Part shown: piece by piece, positions 28,194 through 41,495 of the stretch
Layout: every line of letters starts with the position of its first letter
How positions within the stretch are numbered: position 1 is the stretch's first letter
DNA from: Curvularia clavata
Lineage: Eukaryota
Assembly (NCBI GenBank): GCA_023920165.1
Contig: CP089278.1
Span: forward strand, 1,302,001 to 1,366,000
DNA: 64,000 nucleotides
Reading direction: 5' to 3'
Program-made: the position numbers and the translations under genes
The notes under the pieces: model-generated
The model's database searches: none
What the model was told of the DNA's origin: nothing
Seen by the model: only the letters and a program-made list of their open reading frames with translations

Positions 28194-29420
28194 ATGGTCA
28201 ACACCGTCCCTGTTCAGTCAGAGAAGCCGCAGTTTCCGAAACAGCCTCGCCATCTGCCACCCGATCCAGCTTCGTCAAAAGGTATGCCGACACAGATCAG
28301 ACCCTCCACGCCCCCAGTCACCGAAAAATGGAAGAGCAATGCTACCGAACCAACGAGCCCATACTTTACACCTGCAGAGAACGAAACCTTCATGTTCGCC
28401 ACGCGCCACGCGCTCGAACAGGCACTGGGAAAGGACACCCTGGGCCGCCTCGAAGAGCTGCTGCAAAACGAGAAGAAGCTCACACAAGATTACATTGAGT
28501 ATCTGGAAGAAACCGTCAGGCAAAAGAGCGGCGTGGCATCCCCGATGCTGAACACACTCGTACAGAAAGAAATTGCGCATTGGAAGGCGAAAGCAGAAAG
28601 CCATAGCGAAAGCACCAAGACGGAGTTGGGGCTTTTAAGGGACTGGAACGTGAGAATTAAGGACAAGAAAGACATGTTACAGGAAGAGGTAAAACGTTTG
28701 AGAGAGGAAAACAGCATGTTGAAGGCGGGAACAGAACGACAGAAGGAAACGAAGGAAAATGAAAAGGAACGGGACAAGGAAGAAAACAAGAGGCTACGCA
28801 CACGCAACACCCAACTTGAGGCAGAGAAGGATACATTGAATGCCAACATGCAGATGATGCTCGAAGAATCTGTAGCCTTGAAAGCTGAGATTGAACGGCT
28901 GAAGAATGGTTCTGCGCCAGCACACAAGCAGGAGGAGTCTGACATCGAAATGAAGGACTCCCATGATGAAATCGCTGGCGCCAATAAAAACGCAGCTGCA
29001 ACTCCAGGCAAAAACCATGAGAAGAACGCCAGGAAAAGGGCTAAAGTAAAGAAACTACGGGAGCTTATCATAGTGCAAGAGAACAAACAGTTATCAGCCA
29101 AGCTTGCTGAGGCCGAGTCGCAGTATGCCAATGCACAGGCGGCTACCCTCGCTGCCCACGAAGAACTTGTGAGAAAGCTTCAGGAGAAAATCGAGGAACT
29201 GCAGCGAGAGATACGTTCGAGAGATGAACATGCTGAACGACAGCATCATTCACCTGCTCCCGCGTCTACTCTAATGGCTACTTCTACGGACGCTTTGAAG
29301 AGAAAGGATAAGAAAGATAAGAAGATAAAGGAGAAGAAGAAGCCCAAAGAGGGAAAAAAGAAGAAGGAGAAGGAGAAAAAGACCAAGAAGAAGAAGAAAG
29401 ACGAGGATATGAGTGAATAA
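28194..29420 (+). CDS. Hypothetical coiled-coil protein with Lys-rich C-terminal tail
   Basis: 408-codon intronless ORF rich in E/K/L heptads; no recognisable family. Confidence 0.7.
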   Translation: MVNTVPVQSEKPQFPKQPRHLPPDPASSKGMPTQIRPSTPPVTEKWKSNATEPTSPYFTPAENETFMFATRHALEQALGKDTLGRLEELLQNEKKLTQDYIEYLEETVRQKSGVASPMLNTLVQKEIAHWKAKAESHSESTKTELGLLRDWNVRIKDKKDMLQEEVKRLREENSMLKAGTERQKETKENEKERDKEENKRLRTRNTQLEAEKDTLNANMQMMLEESVALKAEIERLKNGSAPAHKQEESDIEMKDSHDEIAGANKNAAATPGKNHEKNARKRAKVKKLRELIIVQENKQLSAKLAEAESQYANAQAATLAAHEELVRKLQEKIEELQREIRSRDEHAERQHHSPAPASTLMATSTDALKRKDKKDKKIKEKKKPKEGKKKKEKEKKTKKKKKDEDMSE

Positions 29421-29703
29421 TGCTGTTTGGCTGAGAGCTCGGCAATGTCGCTCTTCCTACTAAGGTTCTGAGATTGTTCTTGGTGAGACGGAGGGATATC
29501 TTGGGCTTCGCCAAGTACAGCTCTCGCGACGTGAATCTAGGCTGAAGTCTACGAAATCGAATCAACCGATCTCAGCGCCATGATCAAAGGAGTTCTAGTC
29601 CGACAAGAAGAGCAACAAGGCGATGAGATGGCAAATGGACCAGGAATGGACTGTAGGGTAATAACCTTTAAATCAAAATTTCTTTAAAAAATGTTCCAAG
29701 GTC

Positions 29704-31628
29704 CTATAGCTTAGCTTTGCTGCTGTTCTTGAGACGTGCATGATACCGATCCCTCATCTCGCGCCTCAGCATCTTGCCCGATGGTGTCCTAGGTATCTAG
29801 ACATTTCATTAGCAATCAGACTCCAACCCTCTCGAAATTGACTTACTGAATCGACAACCTCAATGCCACCAGTCAGCCACTTATGCCGACTCAGCCGTTC
29901 CTGGACCCATTCATGAAGCTTTCTTGCTACTTGTTCTTCACCCTGTTTCTTTCCTTCAGCTGTGAGCACGATCCAAGCACGCACAAACAGTGAGCCGTCG
30001 CCACGATTGTTATCAACACCCGCTACACAGGCATCTTGCACCAAGCCTTCTGGGTGATCAAGCAGCGTGTCTTCGACTTCTGTCGCTGCAACCTGAAGAC
30101 CCTTTACTTTAATCATTTCCTTGAGACGGTCCAGATAATGCAGTCGGTCCTGTTCGTCGCGCATGACGAGGTCTCCCGTACGCAGCCACCCGGGCTCAGC
30201 GAACATCTCAGCCGTGGCTTTTGCATCTTTGAAATACCCCGGTGTCACGACGGGGCCGCGCGCCCAGAGCTCGCCTTTCTCACCTTTGGCTACGTCTTTC
30301 AGTGTGTCTGGGTCCACAACCCGTCCTGACATCCCGGGGAGCAGGTACCCGATCATACCAGGAAGTGCAGGCTCCAAGCCAAAGATTCCGGGCGCTGCTG
30401 GACTTGCAATGCTGGCTGCTTCGCTGAGTCCGTAGCCGCTGGGAATCGGCATTGCGGCGCCTTGCGGGAGCTTCTTGGCTAGTTGGTATGCGACGTCTGG
30501 GGGTAGGTAGGCGGCGCCGCTTCCGGCACCAATGACTGAGCTTAGGTCGTATTTCTCCGTCAAAGGGCTTTGGGCGAGCTGACGTACTAGCGGTGGGACG
30601 AGTGGGAGGTGGGTAATCTTGTACTTTTGGATACTTTTGAGCGCGAGCTCGAGATCCCATTTTGGGAGCATGATGCCAGTGTTCTTGAGAAGGTTGACTC
30701 GGAGCATCCAGACAATCATTCCGTATGAATGATACATTGGGATCACGCCTAAGGTGGTGATGGGTTTCAAGGGTTCGTCGCCTGCGAAGCGGGAGGCTTG
30801 GACTGATGTAATAAGCGTTTGCATGCCTGAATGATAGCCATTGCTGTGCGTTATCATCATGGCTTTGGGGAGACCCGATGTCCCTGAGGACTGAAAGAGG
30901 TATGCCATTCGTTTTCCACCCCGGAGTTTGCGTGGCCGTTCAGGAAGTCTTGAGCCTATTCTTACAAGAGACTCGATAGTGGGATATCCAGATACGCTAT
31001 CAAGCTTGGTGTTGTCACTCAGTACAATGATCTTTTTCGGATCTAGCTTCAGTTTCAAAGGAAGATTATCGCCTTCTCCAGATCCCAACTCGATTGCTGC
31101 TTTCAGCACTGGAAGTAACGTTTCGTGGCACATGATACTCGTGATCTGCATTTTTCTGAGTACCCACCACAGCTCGTATGGTGTGCTTGCTGGACTGATA
31201 CCTCCAAATACCAATTCTGATCGGAAACATGCGTGCGCTACCATTGGATAGTGGATATGATTTCGTGAGAACAACGCTAGAATTTCACCATCTTGCGTGT
31301 CATCAACAGGGCTTTTGCCCAGGCCCAGCGGGTTTGGCCCATCGTAACGCAAAACACGTGCTAATGCGCATGTTCGATGGTAGAAGCTGTGTAATGTGAC
31401 AACTTCCTCCGTTACTGCATTGATGATGAGAGGGTAGTCTTCAGGTAGCGGGTTGTTGGGTGGGAAGCAAAGCTCATGGATGTTGAGATCGTCAGGTGTC
31501 GGTGGAAAGGGTCCATACGGTGAAGTGAAGATCGCTTCATTGTGGGGTTGGTACTTGAATGCATGTGGATCTGGAGAGTCGGGGCCTAGGAACCTAGACC
31601 AATGCGGGTTGAAGATGTTGTGTGTCAT
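29704..31628 (-). CDS. Second AMP-binding acyl/aryl-CoA ligase (4CL-like), peroxisomal
   Basis: QSSGTSGLPK, SGYGLSE, LRTGD, DRLKEMIKVKGLQV; intron 29797-29846 gives IPRTPSGKMLRR...SSKAKL-stop. Confidence 0.9.
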
Positions 31629-32556
31629 TGAAGTAAGAGAACACAAGAGACTTGGCTGTCACTTAATTCCTGAGACTTAATAGTTAAGGGTAGTCGCAGG
31701 GCGCGTAGGTACATCTTGCTGGATTTGCGGGTAATAAAGCAGTTCCCTACTAGACTTCCGAGGTGTAATATGCACCCCGCGTTTCTCCACACAGATTTCA
31801 AGGTGGTGTAGCTAAAGAAGACAAGCGAAACCTGCTTGCGCGTATCCTTTTCCAGCTTAAAAAAGTATCGCAACATCAATGAAGCCTAATTAATCTACGT
31901 TACTGGCCTTGCAGATACAATTCAACCAGAAACAGAGACGACACGAATTCATGTGGAGTATCGGCGAAGAGTCGGTCCTATTCGTAAAGAGAACCCGGAC
32001 TTCTTCAACATTCACTATATGCTCGAACACGTGAGTGCAGATACAACTTGGGGGCCATCATAAACTGCATTGGAGCAGAGCGCACCTGGTATTTTGCTGA
32101 CCATTGTGCGATTTCGGATCTCTTCAAATCGATAGTGCTGCCTGGTTTTACGGTGGGTGGCCTGAAACTCCCGGACACCCTCGATTGTCAGCGTTGGTTT
32201 CAGCTGATCAAGCCACCTCAGATTCGACTTCATTTGTGGGGCTGCCGGTCTGTTGACAGATGTACCTCAGTTGTTATGAGAAAAGGGGATGCGCAAACAA
32301 TGAGCTGGCATACGTTTCAGCCCTCGAAGCGTACACTTAAACTCTGGTGGCGGTGAACCTCGCATGCTGTTCTCCTGGGATTGTCGCGATTTAGTCTCAG
32401 CCACAGCCTTCTCTAGATTTTGGCCCCAACTACGCCGTAATCCACATTTCAGCCTTTATAAGCTTTGCGCAGCCTCTTCTCACAACTCTGCCGTTTTCTG
32501 GGCAGTTTTTCTTAACCCATTCTTCATATTATTCGTGGGATGTGTTGACAGTAGTC

Positions 32557-34454
32557 ATGTCTTCCGACTATGCAGAAAGCGACAAAGCACCGGCGAAAAC
32601 AGGCACAATACCGGCGCTTTGGTCTGCAAAACTCATCCCTCATAGTGCAGAATTCCCAGATCCGTACGAGTTGATTGGAGATGCATACGAGCGAATATCA
32701 GTCGCGGATCAGTGGGAGATACAAGACCCGTAAATTTGCAAATCGTTCCACGACGTCGAACGAAATACTAATGCAGCACAGTAAAAGCGAAAAGCTTCCA
32801 TATTTGGCACATATAAAATCACTTTCAACCTCGTGGAAAACACTGCGCCATTTAGCAGACTGGATGCAAGTTGGTACAACACCATTACGATGGAATGAAA
32901 TCAAGAACCACCCTGAAGACCGCGAGAGACGTGCACACAAAACGAATATAACCTTTGTCGAATATCAGCCTGCTGCCGAACCGAAATCAATTCCGATCCA
33001 GACATCTTCCGCACTTCGGGAAACGCTTCAGTCATTATCGCACGAGCCTGGAAAAGAACCTCCGCTTCGTTTGTTCGTTGTAGAAGACCTTTCTCAGCAA
33101 GTTATCAAACAGCTAGGGGAGCGCTTTGACATCGACCCTCACTTCTTCCGTGAACAAATTGACGACTATGTGTGGTACAATACTCGGGATCCTTGGGCAA
33201 TACCGCCCAGCCTCGTCTCCAGCATGAAGCATCGTCAGTGGTTTCGCTTGCGAAACATGCGCCTTCGGTACCACAAAACAGAGGAAGATTATCAAGCCTC
33301 CAGGCTGGAGGCTAATAGTTGGAATGTACTCCGACGCCCCGACAACGACGAAAATCACTGGCACTATCTAGACGGAGAAGGCGCTGTTGTATCTATTATT
33401 CGTACACGCACGACAGTGTGGATTGGAAAAGACAAGAAGTGCGGCTACGGCACGGTCGGTATTGTACTACTCGATCCAACAGTCAGTCAAGGACGGCCAT
33501 TGTGTAAGTTTTTCTTCCCACTGAGACCCCTTGGCCTGACTATAAGTTGTCTGGTGGAAGCTTGTGCTAAACTCAAAAGGGTACGACCGTGATAATTGGT
33601 TGCCGACTCCAAAGATGGAAACAAAAGTCTACCCATCTATAAAATCTTCTGTGTCATGGTTTGAGGATATTGTACAGATGACGACCGCCTTTCCATGGTT
33701 TGAACGATCAGAGGGCCACGAAATCAATGCCCAGGTCCTTGCCAAACCAACCCTCTATACTATCTGTGCAGAATGGCTCGTAGTATGCGACTACGTAAGA
33801 ACACGACTCAGCCAGATAGAATGGGAGCTGGAAAAGCCACACCTGTTCCGTTCCAAAGGCGATGCCATCGACAGTTCTTTGACGCGTCTCCACACCTGGC
33901 GACGACATATACCAGTGTTCAGGAGCATGGTAACAGAGACATTGGAGCATGCGCTTCCAGCCGCAGCACGATTAACGACACCATCATCTTATTCCTCAAC
34001 TGCGCCATCCTCGCCCATGTCCTACACTGGAAGATCTCTTACATCCGACAAGATTGTCATCAACTTCAACAATGCGGATGGCTTCGAGGATATTGTGCCA
34101 GACTTTCGTCGTGTTCTCACCGCTATCAATGAACTTCAAGAGCGGGTTGACCGCCTCACTAGCATCGTCACATCTGAGATCTCTATTGAGGACTCGCGAC
34201 GAGGATTCAAGGAGAGCCATAACATGGCGCGCATTACTTGGCTGGCGACGGTCTTCATCCCGTTGACATTTGTCGCGGGCTTATACAGCATGAACGAAAG
34301 TGTTTCAGCGCTCAAGGAAACATATGGATGGTACTTTTTAACTGCCGTACCCTTCACATTAATTGTCATGGCAATTGGCTGGGTAGTTGGGGGTGGGAGC
34401 TTGATGCCGTGGAGGGAAAAAAAGGGCGTAGGACGTGAGAATAAGGGGAAGTAA
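32557..34454 (+). CDS. CorA-like divalent cation transporter domain protein
   Basis: RLFVVEDLS, FDIDPHFF, C-terminal two-TM module ARITWLATVFIPLTFVAGLYSMN; introns about 32730-32781 and 33504-33579. Confidence 0.8.
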
Positions 34455-34605
34455 TCTTGGGGAAAGCATAACACGTAATCGTAGTACATGTCGGGTCGTT
34501 GCATGTATACGTCCTGTAAATAGATCACGATAAAGCGTGCTTCACAATCTAGTTCGTGGCTTTCTGTGCGACCTTAGTTATTCTATCTTTGATGAGATTC
34601 AGCGT

Positions 34606-36383
34606 CTAGAGTGTAAACCTGAAGCTCGGGTGTCGGTGTCCAAGCCTATCGGCGTCGCTTCGAAGCAATCTATCGTCGCGTTCACCCTTGTCCCTCTTCT
34701 TGTTCTCCCAACCCAAATATATGCATTGGATGGAAGCTAAAATTATTGTGATCACTAGTGCACCAAGGCTGATCGAATGCCCCAATATGTATCTCGGAGC
34801 GTCGCGCTGCAGGTAGATGAAGGTTCCAATAAAAGCGGAGCAGTTTGCAATGGAAATGACTAGGCCGATTCCGACAGCTCTTACATAGTGCGGAGCGAGA
34901 TTGTTCGATGCCCAGCCCTTTATTACCAATTAGCCAGGTTGCAACGAATGAGAATGAAACACTGCTTACCATGAGCATAGGTGAGCCCTGGAAAACACCA
35001 ATCGCGACGAGAAAGGTCCCAGCATACCGCACTGCATTGGTTGTCGCTACAATCAACATGACGTATCCGCAAATTCCAAGGACACAGCCTCCAATGATGA
35101 AGTATCCTCGATTCTTAAGCCTATCGGAAGCGTATGCTGTACCGATGACGGTGAGAAACGCGGCCATGTTCGGCGGCACTGTGAATAGCTGTGCTGTTGT
35201 ACTCTTGTACCCCATACCTGCAATTATGCTAGGAAGAAACAAGGAGAAACTCTATTGTTGCTGGTTAGTGTCACTGAAATGTGTATTGAGCGAAGATAGA
35301 GAAAGGTGCGGCATCAACTTACATATAATGGAACCAGTAAAAAGAACCAGATGAAAGCAGAGAAATATGTCTGTGGAGCTAAGAGAGCCATTTTGACCCA
35401 ATACCAACTGAACTTCTCATCGTCAACATCAACTTCTGTAGATCCGCCGGCGTCGATACGCATACGACGCAACGCCCATTCTTTCTCTTCGTCTGTAAGA
35501 AAACCTGCGGCAGCAGGGGTGTCTGGCATAAAGAAGAAGCATATGATTCCAAAGACGACCGTTGCCGCACCCTCAACTATTCAGCGTGTTAGTATTCCCC
35601 AGCCCGACTTCAAATGTAATCTTCGGCGAAGAAAAAGGCGGCAATCTTACTGAAGAATATCCATGGCCATCGATCATACCCACCCACACGTATCTTTGCC
35701 AGCCCGCTCGCAAGCAACCCTCCAAACGCACCTGACAAGGGAGCTGCACAGTAAAACAGCCCACTTCTAAGCAGCATCTCTCCTCTCCTATAGAACATTG
35801 CTAGATAAATAATGACGCCTCCAAGGATACCTCCCTCGCACAGGCCGAGTAGCAGTCTACACGCAACAAGGCCAGCGAAGTTCTTCACAAACCCCATCAT
35901 AGCGCATACAAGGCCCCAGGAGGTGATTAGTGCGGGTAGATAAACTCCAGCACGGAGCCGTTTGACGAGCAAGTTAGACGGCACATCGACGAGTATGTAG
36001 GGGATGTAGAAGACAAGAAGCGCAATGTTGAACCGCGTGCCGGTTGTTATGGAGAGTTCATCCGTGAGGCCGGCTATACGGGCGTTGCCGATGTTGCTGC
36101 GGTCGATGAAGGAGAAGAGCCTGGTGATGAGATTGTTAGGCAGCGATCAATGTTTTGTGCGAGACGAAGAGAGTGGTAGGTCTTAAGAGAAAAGAAAGTG
36201 CACAGTCGAGTATGAAGGTTGTCTTCCATACCATATCCCAAATAGCCAGGGCAGAATGCGCACGTCAAATTTACGATTGAGTCGCTTGTCAAGCGCTAGA
36301 TCAAAATCTTCATTTATAGCGATGACCTTTTCGATTCGAGTCGTTTCCTGATCCTGCGGTTTTTCTATATCCACTGCGCTCAT
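34606..36383 (-). CDS. MFS transporter, anion:cation symporter (Dal5/Tna1-like) family
   Basis: KFDVRILP, FIDRSNIGNARIAGL, LSGAFGGLLA, WPWIF, AQLFTVPP, HPSFRFTL; about four introns. Confidence 0.92.
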
Positions 36384-36878
36384 GATTCGGGTTCTGATGC
36401 GGTTAAGTTGTCAACTTGGTAGTACAACGTTCAAAGCAACAACGGTGACGATGCACGATTCGGAATGAAAGAAGTTACAAGAGCGCGTTTTGATAATAAT
36501 TGGTCAATTAGAACCATCCAGACTCTAGATTATTATGATAGAAAACAAAAGGCCATGGAGACTCTTATCTCTAACCGGCATTTGTAGGGTAAATCCCCTC
36601 CATCGCATGTATCCCCACAAGGCGGGGAAGAAGGATCGGAAGGATCGCCACGATGCGGGGATATTTGCATAAGACATGCCGAGGGCAAAGCAGCGTTACT
36701 CCGCACCAATCTCATATGAATAAGGCTTTTAGGACAATGGGCATGTAAAGATGACCTTTTCCCCACAAGACAATATGGTGTTGGAGAACAACAAAGCTGA
36801 ATTATTAGTCGAAACAAGTATAGCTAGCTGGTCTGGCTGAACTGGCTAAAGTAACATTCGCGCATAGCCTTGATGTCA

Positions 36879-38225
36879 TTTACTTTGTCATAAACGCCCA
36901 GAAGCCCTTTGCGAGCAAAACGCTTGGCAAGTCGACGACGCGGTAGAAGACCTCTGCTACCACAGTAGTCAGGGGTACGCATATCAAGAAACATAACAGT
37001 CCATTCACTGCGTTGCTCATCCCTGACGCAGCCATGTGCTGATAAGCTTTGATTCCGACAGTGTATATGATGATGGATTGGACAAGGAAGAAACCTATGA
37101 CATGTAAGTAACTATTTGCTGTTGGCTATAGCTGCCGGTAGACTTACTGAAGCTTCTCTTGCCAAGTGCAACGAAGAACCCGCTGGATAGAACCCTACGG
37201 GCCACGTCGAACGTTTCTATCAAGAGCGTAGAGCCAAGAATAATGAGATAGTTGTCGATGCGAGCCATGGGTTGGTTTAAGTCCACGTTCTCGTTGAGCA
37301 AGCCGCCCGTATAAATTCCAGTGTGGCTGTAGAGTTCCTCATGGCGGAGGTCCGTCCTCCATGAGATGAACAGGAAGTGCAGCAAGACACCGGTAAAGAC
37401 CATGACTGCGTACAGCGGCCAAAACGGGATTGTGAGATTTCCCATCTGGAATCCTCGGCGCGAGCGAGCTGAGAATTCCATATTGAGCACAGCATCGGCG
37501 ATGAGAAGGCCAGTGATACTGTACCAGGCCCAGCTCTGCACCCAGAATGCGGCGACGATGAAGGCAAGCATTGCCTTTACGCGCCAGGATAGACGGGTAT
37601 TGGGGACAATGATCATGGTCATGTAGACAGTGTAGCTTTGCTGAAAAAGTACGGAGACAATCCAGAGGGTACCAGATGGGAAGGCACTGTTGGCGGCTTG
37701 GCTGCCATAGTCTTTGTTGAGCCAGAAAATCTCAAACATGGAGTTGAAATAGACCAGGAAGTTACGTAGGGGCATGGGTACACCAGTTGAGATGTTCCCA
37801 GTAGACTCCATAAAATCAGAAATGTAGTCGGTGGATGCCGCGTTGAAGGCAGCTGCCGCAACCGAGTACGCAACGAAGGTCGGGATCCAGAGCCTAATGC
37901 CACGACGAAAGATGCTGGATGCGCCCACCTCCCGTGTCTTGCTGGCGAGGTACGGTAGGCATATCGTTCGTGCGGACAGGAAGATGATCCATCCGTAGAT
38001 CAAAGAAGGATTGCAAAAGAGCACCGAAAACGACTTCCGGAGCCCAACTTGATACGAAGGGCCATCGACATTCTTCGAATCTGGGACGGCCGCCGGGAGA
38101 AATGTCTGGAAGAAAACGAAGAGAAAAGATTGAATAACAAAAAGACCTCGGAGCCCAATAAGGTAGTCCTGGTCCATGGCAATGCCTGTGGCATAAGAGC
38201 TTGGCGATGATGTGAACATGGCCAT
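36879..38225 (-). CDS. Acyltransferase-3 (AT3/OafA/OpgC-like) multi-pass membrane protein
   Basis: DYLIGLRG, FRRGIRL (RxxR), GTLWIVS, LGKRSFSFFLVQ, FYRVVDLPS; one intron about 37095-37147; alternative starts at 38219 or 38177. Confidence 0.8.
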
Positions 38226-39914
38226 AGGAGAGGATAGAAGTCCGGACTTCGTTGTGGGTGTCTCTGAGGCTCTGCTTTCACGAGTAGAGAACCTAATATC
38301 AGAAAAGAATACTTCACACAAAAGGGAGGGGAAATGATCAGCCCCCTTCTCAGCTGTCACAAACACTCGACCAAGGCCAGCATCAAACACGTCGTCCCGA
38401 AAAACACGAAACTTGCACGTCCCTAAACGCTCAATGGGAGACCCGAGATCATCGCCTTGGCCCGCTCAGAAAAAGAAAAGCTTATGCACTTCGGGAGGGT
38501 CCTCCTTTCTTGGCGTGGTGCTTCACACTGCAGGTACCACATTACCTCACGACTCCGGCATGAAAACGTTGTTTGGCTACAGCATAAGCTCCTGAAGAGC
38601 AATCCTTGGCGGGGGGTACGCATACCGATAGTTTACTTCTGCAACACTACGAAACTGTTGGTAAGCGTTGTGTCTAGTGGATGAGTAGCGGCCCTAACCA
38701 GTAAGGGATGAGATAAGGCATCGTGATCTCGCCGATATATCGTGTCGATACACCTGTCAAGTACGCCACGTCCGTTCCGCGGCGGCTCGATATGCATAAG
38801 GTTGTATGTCCTGCCGTGCGCCCGCTCCTTGATCCTTACTCTTTCTCTAGAGCGAGTCGTGGCGTCGGTGGAGAACACGGAGGATATTAGACAAGCATAG
38901 CAGTGTTGACGAAGATCTTCCGTACGTGGCACAAAGACTTGACTAGGGTGATTCAGCTGTCACCGGTCGCCCTGACATATACTAGTGTATACATTTGCGC
39001 CTATTCGACAAATGTGTATCAGTGGAACCCAGCAAGGAATGGGACATGCCGAGCATTACTGTCTCGAGACAAACCCGTAAACACCCTGACTCGCGACAGG
39101 AACAAGGCTGAACAAAGCGCCCAGGGGTTCCCACATGGATTTGTTTGTTTTGGCATCTTGGAAGCGTCCGACTCGACAAGACACGATGCACGAACTTAAA
39201 TTAAGCTTGTGGTCTATGCTGCCAGCCGCCAATGCCATTCGCCCATTCCCGAGGTTCATCCCACACGTTGCGCTACCATGCACAGTGTGGGAACTAAGCG
39301 CATGCTCGGCTGTGTCCGGCTGTGTAGATCGGCCGCGTGTCCACCATGTAATCTCCCGAGAATCTTTAACAGCCTCAACAGTGGCTGGTGATGTAACGAA
39401 GCGGTCAACCATAGTGGGTCTCTGATAGCTTGCCGTTGTGAATTTTGCGCTCAAGAGGATCATCACCATGTAAGGATATAGCCCATCTTCAAGTTTAGTG
39501 ATGATCTGCAAATGTTTCTCTGCGTCTTCACAGCGCCATGCACATCACTATAACCATGCAAGGTTATGAGAAAGCACAACATGCCAAGAGGCATCGGCTG
39601 AAAATTTGAATTTCCAACTGTCGCTGCATCCCGATGTCCGCAACCCAATCGACTGGTTCGGACGACTTATCGTTCATCTCCGTGTCTTGCAATCAGAAAG
39701 TTACTGGGATAGTTACCAAAATAGTTGAATCGGTTTTGAAAAGTATATTATTGATACTATTCGAGTGTGTTCGCAGCTCGCGATCACCCAATCGGCTGCT
39801 AGAGCCGCGTACCTAACTATTTATACCGAGAAAAGAAAAGAAAAAGGCGTTTGATATCCGCCCCCAGATAAGGATATACACATCATGATTACAGGAACAT
39901 CCCAGTTCGTCAAG

Positions 39915-41495
39915 CTACTTCCTGGCTGTTGGATTCCAGGAGCTGTACTTGACAAGCTGGCGTGCATGGCCGTACAGGCCAATGGTAGCGTTAAGGACAA
40001 GGTAAAATGGATACAAGACTGAGAAGAGAATGATCATCCTTCTTGTCACAAACTCGGATTTCACTTGATTGGTGATCCAGAGAGTTGCGATCAAGCAAAT
40101 AATACTGAAACGAGGTTAGCAAGATCCAGGGGTTAGGCAGTGCATATGCATTACGAACCTGATAATGAAAAGCCACTGTGAGACAGGGTACTGGAAATAC
40201 ACCAACTTCCATAGCTCCTCTCCATTGGTTGGGAACTTGACGATAACAAATGATGCGACCAGGCATGTGTATTGTGTGACCAGGTAGTAGGACGACTCGC
40301 GGATCAGCAACAGCGATAGCATTCCGAACCGAGCTGTGAAGCTGCGCTTGGCATGTTCCTCGTGCAGCGGATCCTTGACGCCATTCCAAACCATTTTCAT
40401 GTGACGCATACTGGCCTGAGCCCATCCTTGAGCCCATCGGAGGCGCTGCTTCCAAAAGGCTGCAAAGGTTGTTGGTGCCAACTCATACGAAGTAACGTTG
40501 AGGTCATGGACAGTCCTAGCGCCCTTTGAGAATGCGCGCAACGCCGAATCGATGTCCTCCGTCAACATGCTTTCGTCCATCTTGAGGTCGCGGAGAAGAG
40601 AGGTGCGCCAATATCCATTTGATCCGCAGAAGAGCCCGAAGCCCCACATGGTGGACCGACCAGGATGGGAAACTGCGTAGATCTTATCAAATTCGACGGA
40701 GATCATATTGGTCATGAAAGAATCTTCGGAGTTGAAGACGATGCACCTGCCCTGGACAATGTCGACATTCTCTGCCATGAATCGCTCAGCTGCCCACCTT
40801 GGCGCATTGGGGTGGGGGTAGTGATCGCAATCGTAGATGGCAATAAGGTCCGATCCGGTGTCCAGCGTGAAGAAGTAATTCAGATTGTCCGCCTTCGATG
40901 TGGACCCTGGCACCTTGATGACTCTGGCGTGGGGGAAGTGATTTCGAAGATCAGCGAGTTCCGTCTCCAGCGGCTCGATTGGCTTCGGTGTGTTGTAAAG
41001 GATATTAATTCTGATTCGGTCCGTGGGATAGGCGATCTCTCTGAGCGCGTAATGGGCGCGATCCATGATAATGTCCTGCTCGTTTGGCAAATAGGCGACG
41101 ATGAGGAGGTCCAAGATGGGCAGCTGGCTGTCTGGTGTGGGAAAATGCCACTTCTTCTCTTGCGCTTGAGTCACCACTTCCCTTGCCTCGCGGCAGGGTG
41201 TGATGCTGAAAAAAGCCTCCAACACTGTCGTACCGGCGATGTAAAAGTTGGTGCACATGTATATGAACCAGAAAACGGCAATGAGGCCTTCGCTGCAATA
41301 CATGTACATGCATACCGAAAAGACGTAGTATGAAAGGACCAGGCCGAAAGGCGTCCATTCGGAAATCCATGAAGATGACCGTCCGACGAGTTGGGAGGGA
41401 GCCCAACTGCTCTTGGGAGAAGACTTCTCGTCAACACAAGGCGCAGGAGAAGAAACTTCTCCTACATCAATGACACAGTCCTTGTTGTCAGACAT
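39915..41495 (-). CDS. Processive family-2 glycosyltransferase (membrane glycan synthase)
   Basis: AYLPNE, TSKADNLN, DCD (DxD), TED, QRLRW (QxxRW); N- and C-terminal TM helices; one intron about 40105-40158. Confidence 0.92.

Noticed and set aside
38400..39900. Fourth cluster gene between the AT3 and GT2 genes
   Set aside because: Only short ORFs with no domain signal or convincing splice structure
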